DNA of 64,000 nucleotides from a virus. The stretch lies in the IMG/VR virus record IMGVR_UViG_3300025543_000013, positions 1-64,000 of that record. The stretch is one strand, 5' to 3'. Below the pieces are notes generated by a model that ran no database searches, was not told the DNA's origin, and saw nothing but the letters and a program-made list of their open reading frames with translations. Made by a program: the position numbers and the translations under genes. Each line of letters starts with the position of its first letter. Position 1 is the first letter of the stretch. This document shows, piece by piece, positions 1 to 11,029 of this stretch.

Positions 1-1587
1 TTTATCAATAAAACACAAAAAGAAAGAAAAGAATTGTTATCACAATTTATGGGATTAAAAATATTTGATAGATTGTGGACACAAGCATCAGAAAACATCA
101 AAGATGTAAATGCATTATTGACTGATTTTAAGAAAGCTGATTATGATTCAGAATTGGCACAAATCACCAACGAATTAATCATATTAGAATCTAAACAAAA
201 AACATTAAAAAGTCAAGAAGAAAATATAAAAACTGAAATAAAATCTTTACAAGAAAATGTAGAACAAGAAACTAAAAATCTTCGTCCGGTAGACCAAACC
301 ATTAGAGACATTGATACATTGGAAGAAGAAAGAGAAAAAACACAACTACGACATAAAGAAGTAACACGAGAAATAAACGAAGTTGTATCAGAACAATATG
401 AGTGTGAACGAGTAATACAAGATATTAAAAGTAAAAAACAAACATATGAAAATGATAATGTTCAAGAAAAATATGCACAATTAGAAAAACTTGAAGAAGA
501 AAGAAATTTATTCCAAATTGAAATTGACAAACTAAAACAAGATGTTAAAATCAAATTAGATAAAATTGAAAAACTTGGTAATCTAACTTATGATGAAAAT
601 TGTGAACATTGTATGAACAATCCATTTACATTAGATGCGATTGAAACCAAGAAACACTTGGAAAAAGATAAAGAATTAGCAACAAAATATTTAACAAAAA
701 AATCTCGTATGGACGACAAAATACAAACAATGTTTAAAGTTCGTGCATACAAACAAGATTTAGATAAATTAGGTCAGTCATTGGTTGAAGGTGAAACAAG
801 ACTATCCCAATTGACATCTAACCTACAATATCTCAACGAACGAGAACAAAACATACAGAATCAAATCAATTCTATTGTAGGGGAAATGGACAAATATCGT
901 TCGCAAGAACAAGATGTTGTCTTCAACCAATCGATTGACTTAAAAATACAAGACTTGAAATCTGAAATATATTTGAAAGAAGACAAGTTAAATGATGTCA
1001 ACGGAACAATGACCACTCTACACGGAAACATACAAGTGTTGAAAACCAAAGAAAATCAAATCAATGAAAACATTGACAAAGTAGAACAATTAGAAGGTGA
1101 TTATCAAGCATATCAATATCTATTAAACGCAGTTCAACGAGACGGAGTTCCTTATGATTTAATCAGTAAATCATTACCTACGGTTGAAGGAGCAGTAAAT
1201 GATATCTTGGCACAAATAGTTGATTTTAGTATTGTGTTCTCAATGAATGGAAAAGATATTGATACTCATATTGTGTATGATGATGATAGAATATGGTCAT
1301 TAGAATTATCAAGTGGTATGGAAAGATTTATCAGTTCATTAGCTATTCGTATTGGATTGATGAATGTAAGTAATTTACCACAAAGTAATTTCTTGGCAAT
1401 CGACGAAGGTTGGGGAACAATGGATTCAGATAATCTGAACTCAGTTGCACAACTATTCCAATATCTAAAATCTCAATTCCAATTTACATTTGTAGTATCT
1501 CACATTGAAACAATGAGAGACTTTGTAGATACTTTATTAGAAATTAAAAAAGTAGACGGAAGTTCATCAGTTAGATTTAGTAGATAA
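1..1587 (+). CDS. SbcC/Rad50-like recombination ATPase (T4 gp46-like), 5' truncated by the window
   Basis: Frame open from base 1; long coiled coil with CEHC zinc hook; ABC signature LSSGMERF, Walker B LAIDEGWG, VVSH H-loop. Confidence 0.9.
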   Translation, partial: FINKTQKERKELLSQFMGLKIFDRLWTQASENIKDVNALLTDFKKADYDSELAQITNELIILESKQKTLKSQEENIKTEIKSLQENVEQETKNLRPVDQTIRDIDTLEEEREKTQLRHKEVTREINEVVSEQYECERVIQDIKSKKQTYENDNVQEKYAQLEKLEEERNLFQIEIDKLKQDVKIKLDKIEKLGNLTYDENCEHCMNNPFTLDAIETKKHLEKDKELATKYLTKKSRMDDKIQTMFKVRAYKQDLDKLGQSLVEGETRLSQLTSNLQYLNEREQNIQNQINSIVGEMDKYRSQEQDVVFNQSIDLKIQDLKSEIYLKEDKLNDVNGTMTTLHGNIQVLKTKENQINENIDKVEQLEGDYQAYQYLLNAVQRDGVPYDLISKSLPTVEGAVNDILAQIVDFSIVFSMNGKDIDTHIVYDDDRIWSLELSSGMERFISSLAIRIGLMNVSNLPQSNFLAIDEGWGTMDSDNLNSVAQLFQYLKSQFQFTFVVSHIETMRDFVDTLLEIKKVDGSSSVRFSR

Positions 1588-1749
1588 AACATTTCTTGGT
1601 TTTTGAGTAAATACATTTTGTTTGTATAACTCAAATAACTGATTGTTTATTTCTGCACTCGCAGTAATCCTATTTTGTTTACAATAGTGTTTAAACCACA
1701 TCATTAAATCTTCATCTAATGTAAAATTATATCTTTTCTTTTTACTCAT
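1567..1749 (-). CDS. Ribbon-helix-helix DNA-binding protein
   Basis: MSKKKRYNFTLDEDLMMWFKHYCKQNRITASAEINNQL fits the RHH strand-helix-helix pattern; AAGG and a TCTATTTATT motif upstream on the minus strand; ATG at 1749 preferred to 1758. Confidence 0.65.
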   Translation of the reverse strand: MSKKKRYNFTLDEDLMMWFKHYCKQNRITASAEINNQLFELYKQNVFTQKPRNVLSTKSN

Positions 1750-1772
1750 TTTATACACACCTTATACATACA

Positions 1773-1782
1773 AATAAATAGA
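1773..1782 (-). promoter_or_regulatory. Candidate late promoter motif TCTATTTATT for the RHH gene
   Basis: Same core as the recurring intergenic TATTTAT motif, divergent from the copy at 1798. Confidence 0.4.
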
Positions 1783-1797
1783 TAAATTTTAAATTTT

Positions 1798-1807
1798 AAT
1801 ATTTATA
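1798..1807 (+). promoter_or_regulatory. Candidate late promoter AATATTTATA
   Basis: Recurring intergenic motif, here upstream of the tail fibre gene. Confidence 0.55.
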
Positions 1808-1823
1808 GTTGAGAAAAAAATCT

Positions 1824-4800
1824 ATGCCAATTCGACAAAATATATTAAGAAAAGGGAAAGCTCCAAAACAAAATTTGAGAAGTTTTGATGTATTTCGTGA
1901 AGAAACCGGTGTTTTAGGTGATTTAACAACATCTCAATATTTTAACATTAGTGAGTTTCCATCAGTTTTACCAACAGGTAATAGTTCGTTTTTAATTGAA
2001 GGTTCTAATTTATTAAAACCAAATGTAGAATTAAAAACAGAATTATTAGATGCCCAAGGTAATCCTATATTTCATTATGCCATTCCTTATTACAACAATG
2101 AATTACCGGCAAGAAGAATTGCCATAGAAATCTACACAGATGATGTGGTGAATGGTGTAGGCTCATTTACCGTATTGGGTGAATTAGACCCAAGAACAAC
2201 AAATGTTCCAACTCAATTTCAAGACACTTATAATGTTCGTTTTACCGCACCAATCACAATTAATAAACGAATTAAAAATACAGAACCTATTCGTTTTTAC
2301 GGAGACCCAACAATCACAGTTTCGGAGTTGGTAAAAGGTGTAATCGCAACAGAAACTTCCACCGGACAAATCAATGAAACTATAACCGGTAGTGTTCAAG
2401 TTGATGTAACTGAAACTATAACTGAAACTACCGTTCCTAATAATCCTTTTGTAGGTAATTCTGATAACTTTGATTCAATTGGTAATAACAAAAAGAAATT
2501 TTTTGCAAAAAACTTTTTAGAAACACAACCACAAATCATTGAAGAACCTTCCATTATCACAACTAAAGACACAAGATTTACTTATGTGGTTAAGGAAATG
2601 GAACAAGGAACAGAAAATAGTCTGAATAAAATTACAAGTGCAATGGGTGGTGCAACCATTACATTTAACAATCCACATCAATTAGTGGATTCAACATTAT
2701 ATCCAGATTCTAAATGGACAAAACCAACAACATTTGAAACAACCATTATAGAAGTTATTAATTCTACTTCTTTCAAAACATCAGAAAATTATTATATAAC
2801 GAGTAAAACAAATAATAACAAAGTTTATGTTGGGTTAAAGGCATCAAGTAACAATGTATCGATTACTCACAAAGTTCAAAGTGTTGGTGAAGTAGAAAAC
2901 ACAGTATTTAAGCGTTCATATGCAAACATCACCGTAGGTAATCTACAAACATTTAGTGGAGATACATATAAAGCTAAAATTTATATGAAAGAAGATGGAA
3001 CTGCAGGTTCGTTTGAACCAATATATGAAACCTTAGTTGCTTCACCAAATGAATTGATTGATGTCAATAGTATTAGTGGATTTAAAAGTGTTGGTGTATT
3101 TAATTCACAATCTATCGTGGATAATTATTGGGTAACATCTTCTAATTTATCATCAGCAACACAAAATGACGACACTATAATCAATGGTGTTTTACTAAGT
3201 GGTAGTAATGCTGCATATGGAAGTTCATATGACTTTAAAATAAATGACATTTATTCATTACAAAAAAATGAAACTTATGTTGTTTCTTTTGGGGTTGCAT
3301 TCAAACCAACAGATAAAACACAATCCAACGGAACTTCTAAACGAGAAGCAAAATTAGAAGTATTTTTAACAGGTAGTTTTGTATCCACACAAGACCAAGA
3401 ATTAAAATTAGGTGAAGTTGATTTAACAAATTATGACTTTGAAACTATCAACGATTACACACCAGTCAAACAATTACAAATTATTGATTTTCAAACTCAC
3501 AATGAATCTTCACTACCAAGCGGTAGTTTAGGATTTAGAGTTCATAGTGGTGAATTTATATTAAACGATATCAGACTAAAACCATATAGTGAACAAAACT
3601 TTAGTCCAGGGTTTTTCAAGGCAAATGTACCGATGCCAAAACCAATCAAACGAGGACAAAACTATGATTTTTATGTAGAGTTTTTTGATGCAAACAACAA
3701 CAAAGCAGAAGCAGTTGCAATTGCAGACAACATATCATTTCAAGGCCCACCACAAGTTTTAGCCGACGGATTAGATGCTACTTTCTCTGGTTCAATGACT
3801 ATTGGGGAATCTATGGAAATGTATGGTGTAAATCCAGCGTATCTGAGAACAATAGGATACAGAGGATTTCAACATTCCATAGATAATAATCTTGGTGGAT
3901 TTATGTTGTTTAGTGGTTCAATTGATTCACGAATAACCGCATCCGAACAAAGTGGATTCGAATATAATGGTGGTGTTGGATTGGAAGTAGTTGACGGAGG
4001 TAGTTCAGTTGATAGATATCTAAGATTTAGAACACAACCAAGTATATTTGAAGTCGTAACCGATACTTTCTTTTTAGGACAAAACCCAGCATCAGTTCCG
4101 AATGGTTCTTTTATTAGTGGTTCAAACGGAACACTACAAATATCATCAAGTAATTTTAGTGTTGATGCAAGTGGTAATTTAACTGCAAGTGGATACATTA
4201 GTGCATCAGGTGGACACTTAGGAAACTTTGAAATCATTGACGGAAAGATTAGTGGTAGTAATATCACAATGGATGCAAATAATTCCACCATATACAAAAC
4301 AGACCAGGGGCCAGGTTCCGACCCACAATCACCAGGATTTGAATCACAGGCAGATGAATATTATATTGACTTTACACCAGTAGAAGAAAATCCAGATAAC
4401 TATTATATTAAAATGGGGCCAAACTTTATGGTGGATAAAGATGGAATTCTTATCGCAAGTGGTGCAACCTTTACCGGTACGATTACGGCATCCGCAGGTT
4501 TAATCGGTGGATTTACAACCGACTCACACTCTTTTTCGTCTACCAATATATTCATTAGTGGTTCACCTGCAGTCGGTGGAGTTGATAGTCCAGAATATAT
4601 GTTTATTTCGACATCTAATTTTAATGTCAAACAAAACGGAGATGTAACCGGTAGTAGTTTTTTACTATCAGGTGGAACAATCACAAGTGATGTAACGATA
4701 CTTGGTTCAGTAACGGCTAATTCCATATTGACACCGGCAACAATCGCTGGTTCACCATCAAATGTAGGAAATGCATCATCAAGTATAGACCAATTTGGTA

Positions 4801-7800
4801 ATGCAGTATTTAGGTCAGGTTCTATCGGTGGATTTAGAATGGACGACACAACATTATTTTCTGATAATGCTGCATTTGTTGTCACGGGTTCTACGGGTCA
4901 AATCACAGGTTCACAAGTATTATTTACAGGTGGTAAAATCGGTGGATTTGAATTAGGTTCAACAATTATATCAAGTTCAAATGGTGATTTAGTTTTAAAA
5001 TCTAACGGACAGATAACGGCATCAAACGCAGAATTATCTGGTAATTTAAACGCAGTTCATATCAAAGCGACTTCCGGTAGTATTGGTGGTTGGGTATTGG
5101 ATACAACAGAACTATCAGGAACAAACGCTGTTCTTAAATCATCAGGTGTGTTATCATTGGGTAGTGGAACAGACAATTATAATCAGGCAAATAGAATTTA
5201 TATTGATGGTTCTACAAGTAATGGTAGAATGTCAATCGGTACAGGATTTAGATATGCAAGTAATGCATTAACAATTGACGGAAATGCAACGATTGGTGGT
5301 TGGACAATTAATAGTTCAACAATTACTGGTGGAAATGTAACTTTAAATTCTGCTGGTGAAATAAAAGTCGGAACAATAACCGACGCAACCACAACAGCAA
5401 CAACCAATAGTGGTTTCTTTGCAGACAATTCTGGTAATGTATTGATTAAAGGAAATACAAGTGGAAATGATTATTTAAAAATTTCCGGTGGTGGTAGTAT
5501 TGATATTAAAGCACAAAGCTTTGATTTAGATGCAACTACAATTATATTGGATAGTGGAACAAACAACGGAACTATCAGATTAGGAGCAAGTGGAGGCCCA
5601 AGTTCAGTCACAGCAAACACTGCTGGTATTTATATGGACGGAAATGGAGATTTCCAAGTTTATGGAGATGCTGATAACTTTTTAAGATTTGATATTAGTG
5701 ATAAGTTACAAATTGCAGCAGAAACATTTGACTTGGATGCTGGAACTATTATAATTAATAACTCAGTCAATAGTGGTAAAATAGCACTCGGTGCAACACC
5801 ACCTTCCGCCTACGACAACGGAACTGGTTTTTATGTAGACGGAACAGGTGCAGTGTTAATTGGAGCTCATAATGGTAATAGAATACAATTTGGTGGTTCA
5901 ACCGTAACAATTCAAACTGATACTTTTGAATTAGATACAACAAATCTTGATATTAGTTCTACTGCAAAAAGAATTACTGTAAATGATGGAACACAACCAA
6001 GAGTTTATCTTGGAGAAGTAGATGGTGGTTCTACATATGGTATGAAAATATTTGACGGAACAGGAACTGCTGATGGTGATATATTGGTTGAACTTGGTGA
6101 GGGCGGAAATAATATAGCTGGTTGGACTATTTCATCTGATAGATTAACAGGTGGAAATTTAATACTTCGTCAAGATGGTGTTATAGAAACATCTAATTTT
6201 GTATCAGGTGAAAAAGGATTTAGATTATCTGCAATAAACAACGGAACATTAGAAGTAGAAGAAGCTACAATTCGTGGTACATTAAAAACTACGGTATTTG
6301 AAAAAGAAACCGTAAATGCAGTCGGAGGACAATTAGTCGTTGCTAACTCTACCGTAATCACAGGTTCAGATGTTAGTAAAACCGATACCACAATGTCAGT
6401 TGTCAATGTAACTGGTTTTGAAGAAGATGAAATTTTATTTATTAAAAAAGTAAGTGGTAGTGGATTTTCAAAAGAATTTGTTCAAGTGGGTGGTTCAAAA
6501 AGATTTTTCCCATCAAGTGATACAGACTTTTCTGGTGAACTACACGTTACGAGAGCTTACGGAACATCTGCAACATTTAATCCAGATTTACATAGTGGTT
6601 CTTTATCCGACACCGCAGGAACAGGTTCAAGTTATACACCAGGTCAAGTAGTAGTTTCTACCGGTAAACTAAACACCGGATATATAAAATTAAATGCAAA
6701 TCCAAACGACCCACAAACACCATTTATCGATATTGTTGAGAGAACAGGTTCAGGTGTTTATGATGTAGATTTGAAAGCAAGACTTGGAGATTTATCAGGA
6801 TTGTCAAGTGCATTAGTCGGAACAAATCCTGGTTTTGGATTGTTTAGTGAAAATGTATTTTTAACAGGTAAAATTACCGCAACATCAGGACAAATAGCCG
6901 GTCTCAACATAACATCAGAAAGTATTTATGTCGGAACAGGAACTTACGGAAATGCAAATACAGAATTTTTTGTAAGTAGTAGTGGAGATTTTTCATTAGG
7001 TAGTGGTTTAGTATGGGATGCATCTGAAGGAACTTTATCAATTGGAGATATTCCAACATCAACCGATATATCTGCAAGTGTTTCAGCATCGGTAGACCCA
7101 TACAGAACACAAGTAGTATTGTCATCAACCGGTATGGATTTAAAAGACCAATCTTCTAATGTATTGGCATCATATGGACAATCAGCAAAAATTTTCCCAC
7201 GAGGAATAACCGACACATACACCGAAGTTTTAGCTAAGAGTATTATTATGGTTAGTGGTAGTATGACCGGTAGTGCAATAACCGCTCATACATCAAGTAT
7301 GTTCGGTTCTGAAGACAAATCTGAAAGAGTTGAAATACTTGGAACAGGATTAAAAGTTTATGAAAGTAATCATCAAGTCGCTTCTTTCGGTAATACAATT
7401 AGAGTTGGTAGAGCAGATGAATCACATCAAACTATTTCCGCAACAACAACTCAATTTTTAGACGGAGATGGTTCTACCGTTAGATTACAAATAGCAAATG
7501 ACGGAATTATAGATTTAAGAGATTCAAGTGGAAATGTAAAAGTTCAAGCAGATACCACAGGTGTAAAAGTTTTAGCAGACAATACCACAACATTTGGATT
7601 GTTCAACGCAAGTGGTATTACATTGGTGGACAACAATGTCACCGGTAGTTTAATAACCGCCACAACATCAAGTATGTTTGGTGCTTCTTCCAATGATAGA
7701 GTTGAAGTAACTTCTACGGGTATGAAAGTTTATGAATCTAACAAACAAATGATTAATGTTGGTTCCAATGGATTAGATGTTTACGACACAAGTAATAATT

Positions 7801-9788
7801 TAGTTTCAAGTTTTGGTTCTAATGTTCATTTGAATACAGGAACAGTATATGTTGGTGTAACGGGTTCATCAGGTGATTGGATAGAAATAGACTCAACTTC
7901 TATTGATATTAATAGAAATAATGTTAATAAATTAAAAATCAATGATGGTGGTGTTCAAGTAAATGGAGATAACACAACTTCTTTTGGATTATTCAATGCA
8001 AGTGGATTAACATTTGTTGATAATAATGTAACTGCTTCTACATTTACAAGTACCGCAGCAACACTATATGGTGCTTCTACTAATGATAGGGTAGTGGTTG
8101 ATAATAGTGGTTTAGAAATTTATTCCAATAATGTAAAAAGAGCAGAAGCAAAAGATACCGGATTTACAGCATACGGAGACAATACAACAACTTATACTCA
8201 AGTTAATGCGAGTGGTATAACACTTGTTGATAATAGTAATACAAAGGCTACATTTGCAGCTGCTGGTGCTACTATTTATGGTGATAACTCAACAACTTAT
8301 ACTCAAGTTAATGCGAGTGGATTAACTATCGTTGATAATAGTGTAACACAAGGAACATTTGCCGGTGGTGTTGTAACATTGTATGGTGGTAGTTCTGCAG
8401 ATTACGCAAGAATCAATAGTAGTGGTTTACAAGTATATGAATCCAGTACAGAAGTTGCATCATTTGGTTCAACCGTAAGAGTTGGAGTTGATTCAGCATC
8501 TGAATCTGCGTTAAGAATAGATGGTTCTGGTAATCTTACCATAGGAACAAATAGTACTTCAAACATAAGTATGACCAACACCGGTGTAGTGACTATTGCC
8601 GGTGGATTAAATGCTACCCACATTAAAGCAACATCAGGCTCTATTGGTGGTTGGGTATTGGGAACAAATAAACTTTCATCATCAGTAGATACAAAACTAA
8701 TTGAATTAGATACAGGTAATTCAATTATCTTTGTTCAAAGTGGTTCAGCAGCAGACCCAGATAGACACAAAGTTGCATTAGACGGAGCAAGAGGTATTAT
8801 TGAAGTTTCTCAATCTGGTGTCGGAATATTTAATAGTGGTGAAACAGCAGACTTTATTACGAAAGAAGATAACCTTGTCCAATCATTACCAGTAAGTTCC
8901 ACAACCACAGCAGCCAACCAACCTATCACTTCATTTTCTGACGGAAAAGTTAAAAATAATTTCCAAATGAGAAGAGCACTGGTTGATGATTTCTTTAGAT
9001 TGGACAATTCAAGTGTTGCCGGTAGAACAGATGATTCTACAAAATTTATTGTAAGACTTGATGACGATGCAGCAACTGGTGGTAATGTAAAAGGGCCACA
9101 ACCAGCTCAAATCCTATTCGATACAAGAAAAGATTATTCAAGTGGTTTTTTAAACAATAGTCATATTGGACAATCAATAGTATTTTCTGATGAAATAATA
9201 ATGAAAAACATTAGTGGTAGTTTTGTAGGAGCATCAAATACAGGTTCAGCACAATATATGTTCCAAGCAATACTCGGTAGAGATAGTTTAGTACCAGGTG
9301 GATATACAGATGCTCAAATGTGTTTAGTGGATTTACAAGTTGATACAAGTGATGTTGAAGCAGCAAGACAAAACGAGTATGTATTTTTACAAGCAAGGCA
9401 TACTGGTTCCATTAGAGCACAATTACAACACGACGGAGATTTTGTATCAAAAGGTAATATAACTGCATTTGGAACATCATTTTTAAATGTATCAGATAGA
9501 CGACTTAAAAAAGATATCCATACCATTAGTGGTTCTATGGACAAAATTTTACAATTACGACCAACAGAATTTGTCTGGATAGACAATGATAAACAAGATG
9601 TTGGTTTTATAGCACAAGAAGTAGAAGAAATCATACCAGAAGTTATAGAAATATCTGATGGATTTATCAATACAGGAAATGACCAACAAATAAAAACAAT
9701 TTCTTATCCAAAACTTGTTCCTTATTTGGTTGACACAATACAACAATTGACAAAACGAATAGAAGAATTAGAAAAGAAGGTTAAATAA
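1824..9788 (+). CDS. Giant tail fibre with C-terminal peptidase S74 intramolecular chaperone
   Basis: G/S/T-rich beta repeats (SGSIGGW/F, DNTTTxxxxNASGIT); C-terminus SDRRLKKDI...LRPTEFVW...GFIAQEVEEIIPE...ISYPKLVPYLV from 9492; ATG at 1824 preferred to TTG at 1809. Confidence 0.85.
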   Translation: MPIRQNILRKGKAPKQNLRSFDVFREETGVLGDLTTSQYFNISEFPSVLPTGNSSFLIEGSNLLKPNVELKTELLDAQGNPIFHYAIPYYNNELPARRIAIEIYTDDVVNGVGSFTVLGELDPRTTNVPTQFQDTYNVRFTAPITINKRIKNTEPIRFYGDPTITVSELVKGVIATETSTGQINETITGSVQVDVTETITETTVPNNPFVGNSDNFDSIGNNKKKFFAKNFLETQPQIIEEPSIITTKDTRFTYVVKEMEQGTENSLNKITSAMGGATITFNNPHQLVDSTLYPDSKWTKPTTFETTIIEVINSTSFKTSENYYITSKTNNNKVYVGLKASSNNVSITHKVQSVGEVENTVFKRSYANITVGNLQTFSGDTYKAKIYMKEDGTAGSFEPIYETLVASPNELIDVNSISGFKSVGVFNSQSIVDNYWVTSSNLSSATQNDDTIINGVLLSGSNAAYGSSYDFKINDIYSLQKNETYVVSFGVAFKPTDKTQSNGTSKREAKLEVFLTGSFVSTQDQELKLGEVDLTNYDFETINDYTPVKQLQIIDFQTHNESSLPSGSLGFRVHSGEFILNDIRLKPYSEQNFSPGFFKANVPMPKPIKRGQNYDFYVEFFDANNNKAEAVAIADNISFQGPPQVLADGLDATFSGSMTIGESMEMYGVNPAYLRTIGYRGFQHSIDNNLGGFMLFSGSIDSRITASEQSGFEYNGGVGLEVVDGGSSVDRYLRFRTQPSIFEVVTDTFFLGQNPASVPNGSFISGSNGTLQISSSNFSVDASGNLTASGYISASGGHLGNFEIIDGKISGSNITMDANNSTIYKTDQGPGSDPQSPGFESQADEYYIDFTPVEENPDNYYIKMGPNFMVDKDGILIASGATFTGTITASAGLIGGFTTDSHSFSSTNIFISGSPAVGGVDSPEYMFISTSNFNVKQNGDVTGSSFLLSGGTITSDVTILGSVTANSILTPATIAGSPSNVGNASSSIDQFGNAVFRSGSIGGFRMDDTTLFSDNAAFVVTGSTGQITGSQVLFTGGKIGGFELGSTIISSSNGDLVLKSNGQITASNAELSGNLNAVHIKATSGSIGGWVLDTTELSGTNAVLKSSGVLSLGSGTDNYNQANRIYIDGSTSNGRMSIGTGFRYASNALTIDGNATIGGWTINSSTITGGNVTLNSAGEIKVGTITDATTTATTNSGFFADNSGNVLIKGNTSGNDYLKISGGGSIDIKAQSFDLDATTIILDSGTNNGTIRLGASGGPSSVTANTAGIYMDGNGDFQVYGDADNFLRFDISDKLQIAAETFDLDAGTIIINNSVNSGKIALGATPPSAYDNGTGFYVDGTGAVLIGAHNGNRIQFGGSTVTIQTDTFELDTTNLDISSTAKRITVNDGTQPRVYLGEVDGGSTYGMKIFDGTGTADGDILVELGEGGNNIAGWTISSDRLTGGNLILRQDGVIETSNFVSGEKGFRLSAINNGTLEVEEATIRGTLKTTVFEKETVNAVGGQLVVANSTVITGSDVSKTDTTMSVVNVTGFEEDEILFIKKVSGSGFSKEFVQVGGSKRFFPSSDTDFSGELHVTRAYGTSATFNPDLHSGSLSDTAGTGSSYTPGQVVVSTGKLNTGYIKLNANPNDPQTPFIDIVERTGSGVYDVDLKARLGDLSGLSSALVGTNPGFGLFSENVFLTGKITATSGQIAGLNITSESIYVGTGTYGNANTEFFVSSSGDFSLGSGLVWDASEGTLSIGDIPTSTDISASVSASVDPYRTQVVLSSTGMDLKDQSSNVLASYGQSAKIFPRGITDTYTEVLAKSIIMVSGSMTGSAITAHTSSMFGSEDKSERVEILGTGLKVYESNHQVASFGNTIRVGRADESHQTISATTTQFLDGDGSTVRLQIANDGIIDLRDSSGNVKVQADTTGVKVLADNTTTFGLFNASGITLVDNNVTGSLITATTSSMFGASSNDRVEVTSTGMKVYESNKQMINVGSNGLDVYDTSNNLVSSFGSNVHLNTGTVYVGVTGSSGDWIEIDSTSIDINRNNVNKLKINDGGVQVNGDNTTSFGLFNASGLTFVDNNVTASTFTSTAATLYGASTNDRVVVDNSGLEIYSNNVKRAEAKDTGFTAYGDNTTTYTQVNASGITLVDNSNTKATFAAAGATIYGDNSTTYTQVNASGLTIVDNSVTQGTFAGGVVTLYGGSSADYARINSSGLQVYESSTEVASFGSTVRVGVDSASESALRIDGSGNLTIGTNSTSNISMTNTGVVTIAGGLNATHIKATSGSIGGWVLGTNKLSSSVDTKLIELDTGNSIIFVQSGSAADPDRHKVALDGARGIIEVSQSGVGIFNSGETADFITKEDNLVQSLPVSSTTTAANQPITSFSDGKVKNNFQMRRALVDDFFRLDNSSVAGRTDDSTKFIVRLDDDAATGGNVKGPQPAQILFDTRKDYSSGFLNNSHIGQSIVFSDEIIMKNISGSFVGASNTGSAQYMFQAILGRDSLVPGGYTDAQMCLVDLQVDTSDVEAARQNEYVFLQARHTGSIRAQLQHDGDFVSKGNITAFGTSFLNVSDRRLKKDIHTISGSMDKILQLRPTEFVWIDNDKQDVGFIAQEVEEIIPEVIEISDGFINTGNDQQIKTISYPKLVPYLVDTIQQLTKRIEELEKKVK
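8185..8320 (+). repeat. 31-nt perfect direct repeat inside tail fibre repeats
   Basis: CAACAACTTATACTCAAGTTAATGCGAGTGG at 8185-8215 and 8290-8320 (105 nt = 35 aa period). Confidence 0.9.
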
Positions 9789-11029
9789 TGGCTTTACAAA
9801 CAAGTGGAAGTGGTGCAGTTCCAGCACTATCAATGTCTTTGTCGGACATCAATGTAGAATTAGGTGAATCATCATTACAATTGATTGATTTTTATGGTGC
9901 AGCAACTTCTTTCTCAGGTATTCTTGATGACGGACAAGTCGAAATATTAGAATTTTACAACAAAACATTTAGTGCAGGGTCAGGCCCTTATGGTAGTAGA
10001 GCATTACATTTCTTTAGATTTATAAATGACGGTGGAAGTAAACAAGGTTGGCAAGATGGAGAATTAGTTAGTGCAGCAGAAAATTCATTGGCTAATTTAA
10101 CTGATGCAGCTCAATCTGGTTATGCTATTGTTGAAGAAACTGATTTTGTCGGATATGAAGTTGATGATGGACAAATTACCAATGGAGATACTATTTATGA
10201 AAATTCAACCGGAGCAACATTAACCAATTTAAGACCAGGAGATGATTTTCCAGTTGGAACACAAGTTTTATTAGATACGACCGCAAACAAAATATTTCAA
10301 ATTGACACTTCAGCAGTTGTGTCAAATTTAACCAGTAGAACACCAGCAACACCAACCATTACACAAGAATCCAAAACATCAGGAACAATTGTTATTGGAA
10401 TTACCGGTAGTACTGTGGTAACAAGACAATACGCACCATTTTTAGACGGGGTAGAACAAGCAAATGTAGTTCCATCATCATCAGGTAGTTTAAGTGACAC
10501 AACAACATTATCAACCTATACATATACAGGATTAAGTAGTAATACTTCGTATGCGTTAAAAGTTCGTGGTGAAAACACATATGCAAACGGAAGTGATTCC
10601 AATACATTGAACATCACTACTGATGTCGGAGTTGTATGGACAAACAATACTTCAAGTATTTCATTGACTGGTAACTCAGGTAAGTATGATGAACAAGATA
10701 TACTAACTTCAGGTGACCCAAAAGCTATCGAAGTAACTGTTGGTGATGGTGGAACAAGTGTATCGGTTGCACAACCAGGTGCAGGAACTTTAGAATTGAG
10801 ATATGCTGATAATTCAAGTATGACTGGAGCGTCTTCATATGCAACTTCACATACAGGGTTGAGTGATTTGACAACAAAATGGTATTATCAATTAAGATAT
10901 ACGGAACAGGGTGTTAATACTGACCACACATCAACTGGTAATACTATTACTTGGTCTAATAATGGAGTTTCAGATACCACAACAGGAGTTAATATAACAT
11001 TTACAAATACAATAGGAACACCACCGTAA
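9788..11029 (+). CDS. Tail-tip/adhesin-like protein with fibronectin type III domain
   Basis: N-terminal MALQTSG...SLSDINVELG typical of fibre-tip proteins; YTYTGLSSNTSYALKVRGEN FN3 motif; TAATG-coupled to the fibre gene. Confidence 0.65.
   Translation: MALQTSGSGAVPALSMSLSDINVELGESSLQLIDFYGAATSFSGILDDGQVEILEFYNKTFSAGSGPYGSRALHFFRFINDGGSKQGWQDGELVSAAENSLANLTDAAQSGYAIVEETDFVGYEVDDGQITNGDTIYENSTGATLTNLRPGDDFPVGTQVLLDTTANKIFQIDTSAVVSNLTSRTPATPTITQESKTSGTIVIGITGSTVVTRQYAPFLDGVEQANVVPSSSGSLSDTTTLSTYTYTGLSSNTSYALKVRGENTYANGSDSNTLNITTDVGVVWTNNTSSISLTGNSGKYDEQDILTSGDPKAIEVTVGDGGTSVSVAQPGAGTLELRYADNSSMTGASSYATSHTGLSDLTTKWYYQLRYTEQGVNTDHTSTGNTITWSNNGVSDTTTGVNITFTNTIGTPP

Noticed and set aside
2184-9746. 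Many 60-160 aa minus-strand and alternate-frame ORFs in the tail gene (e.g. 3869-4297, 4403-4885)
   Set aside because: Fully overlap a well-supported gene, have no motifs, and are explained by codon bias
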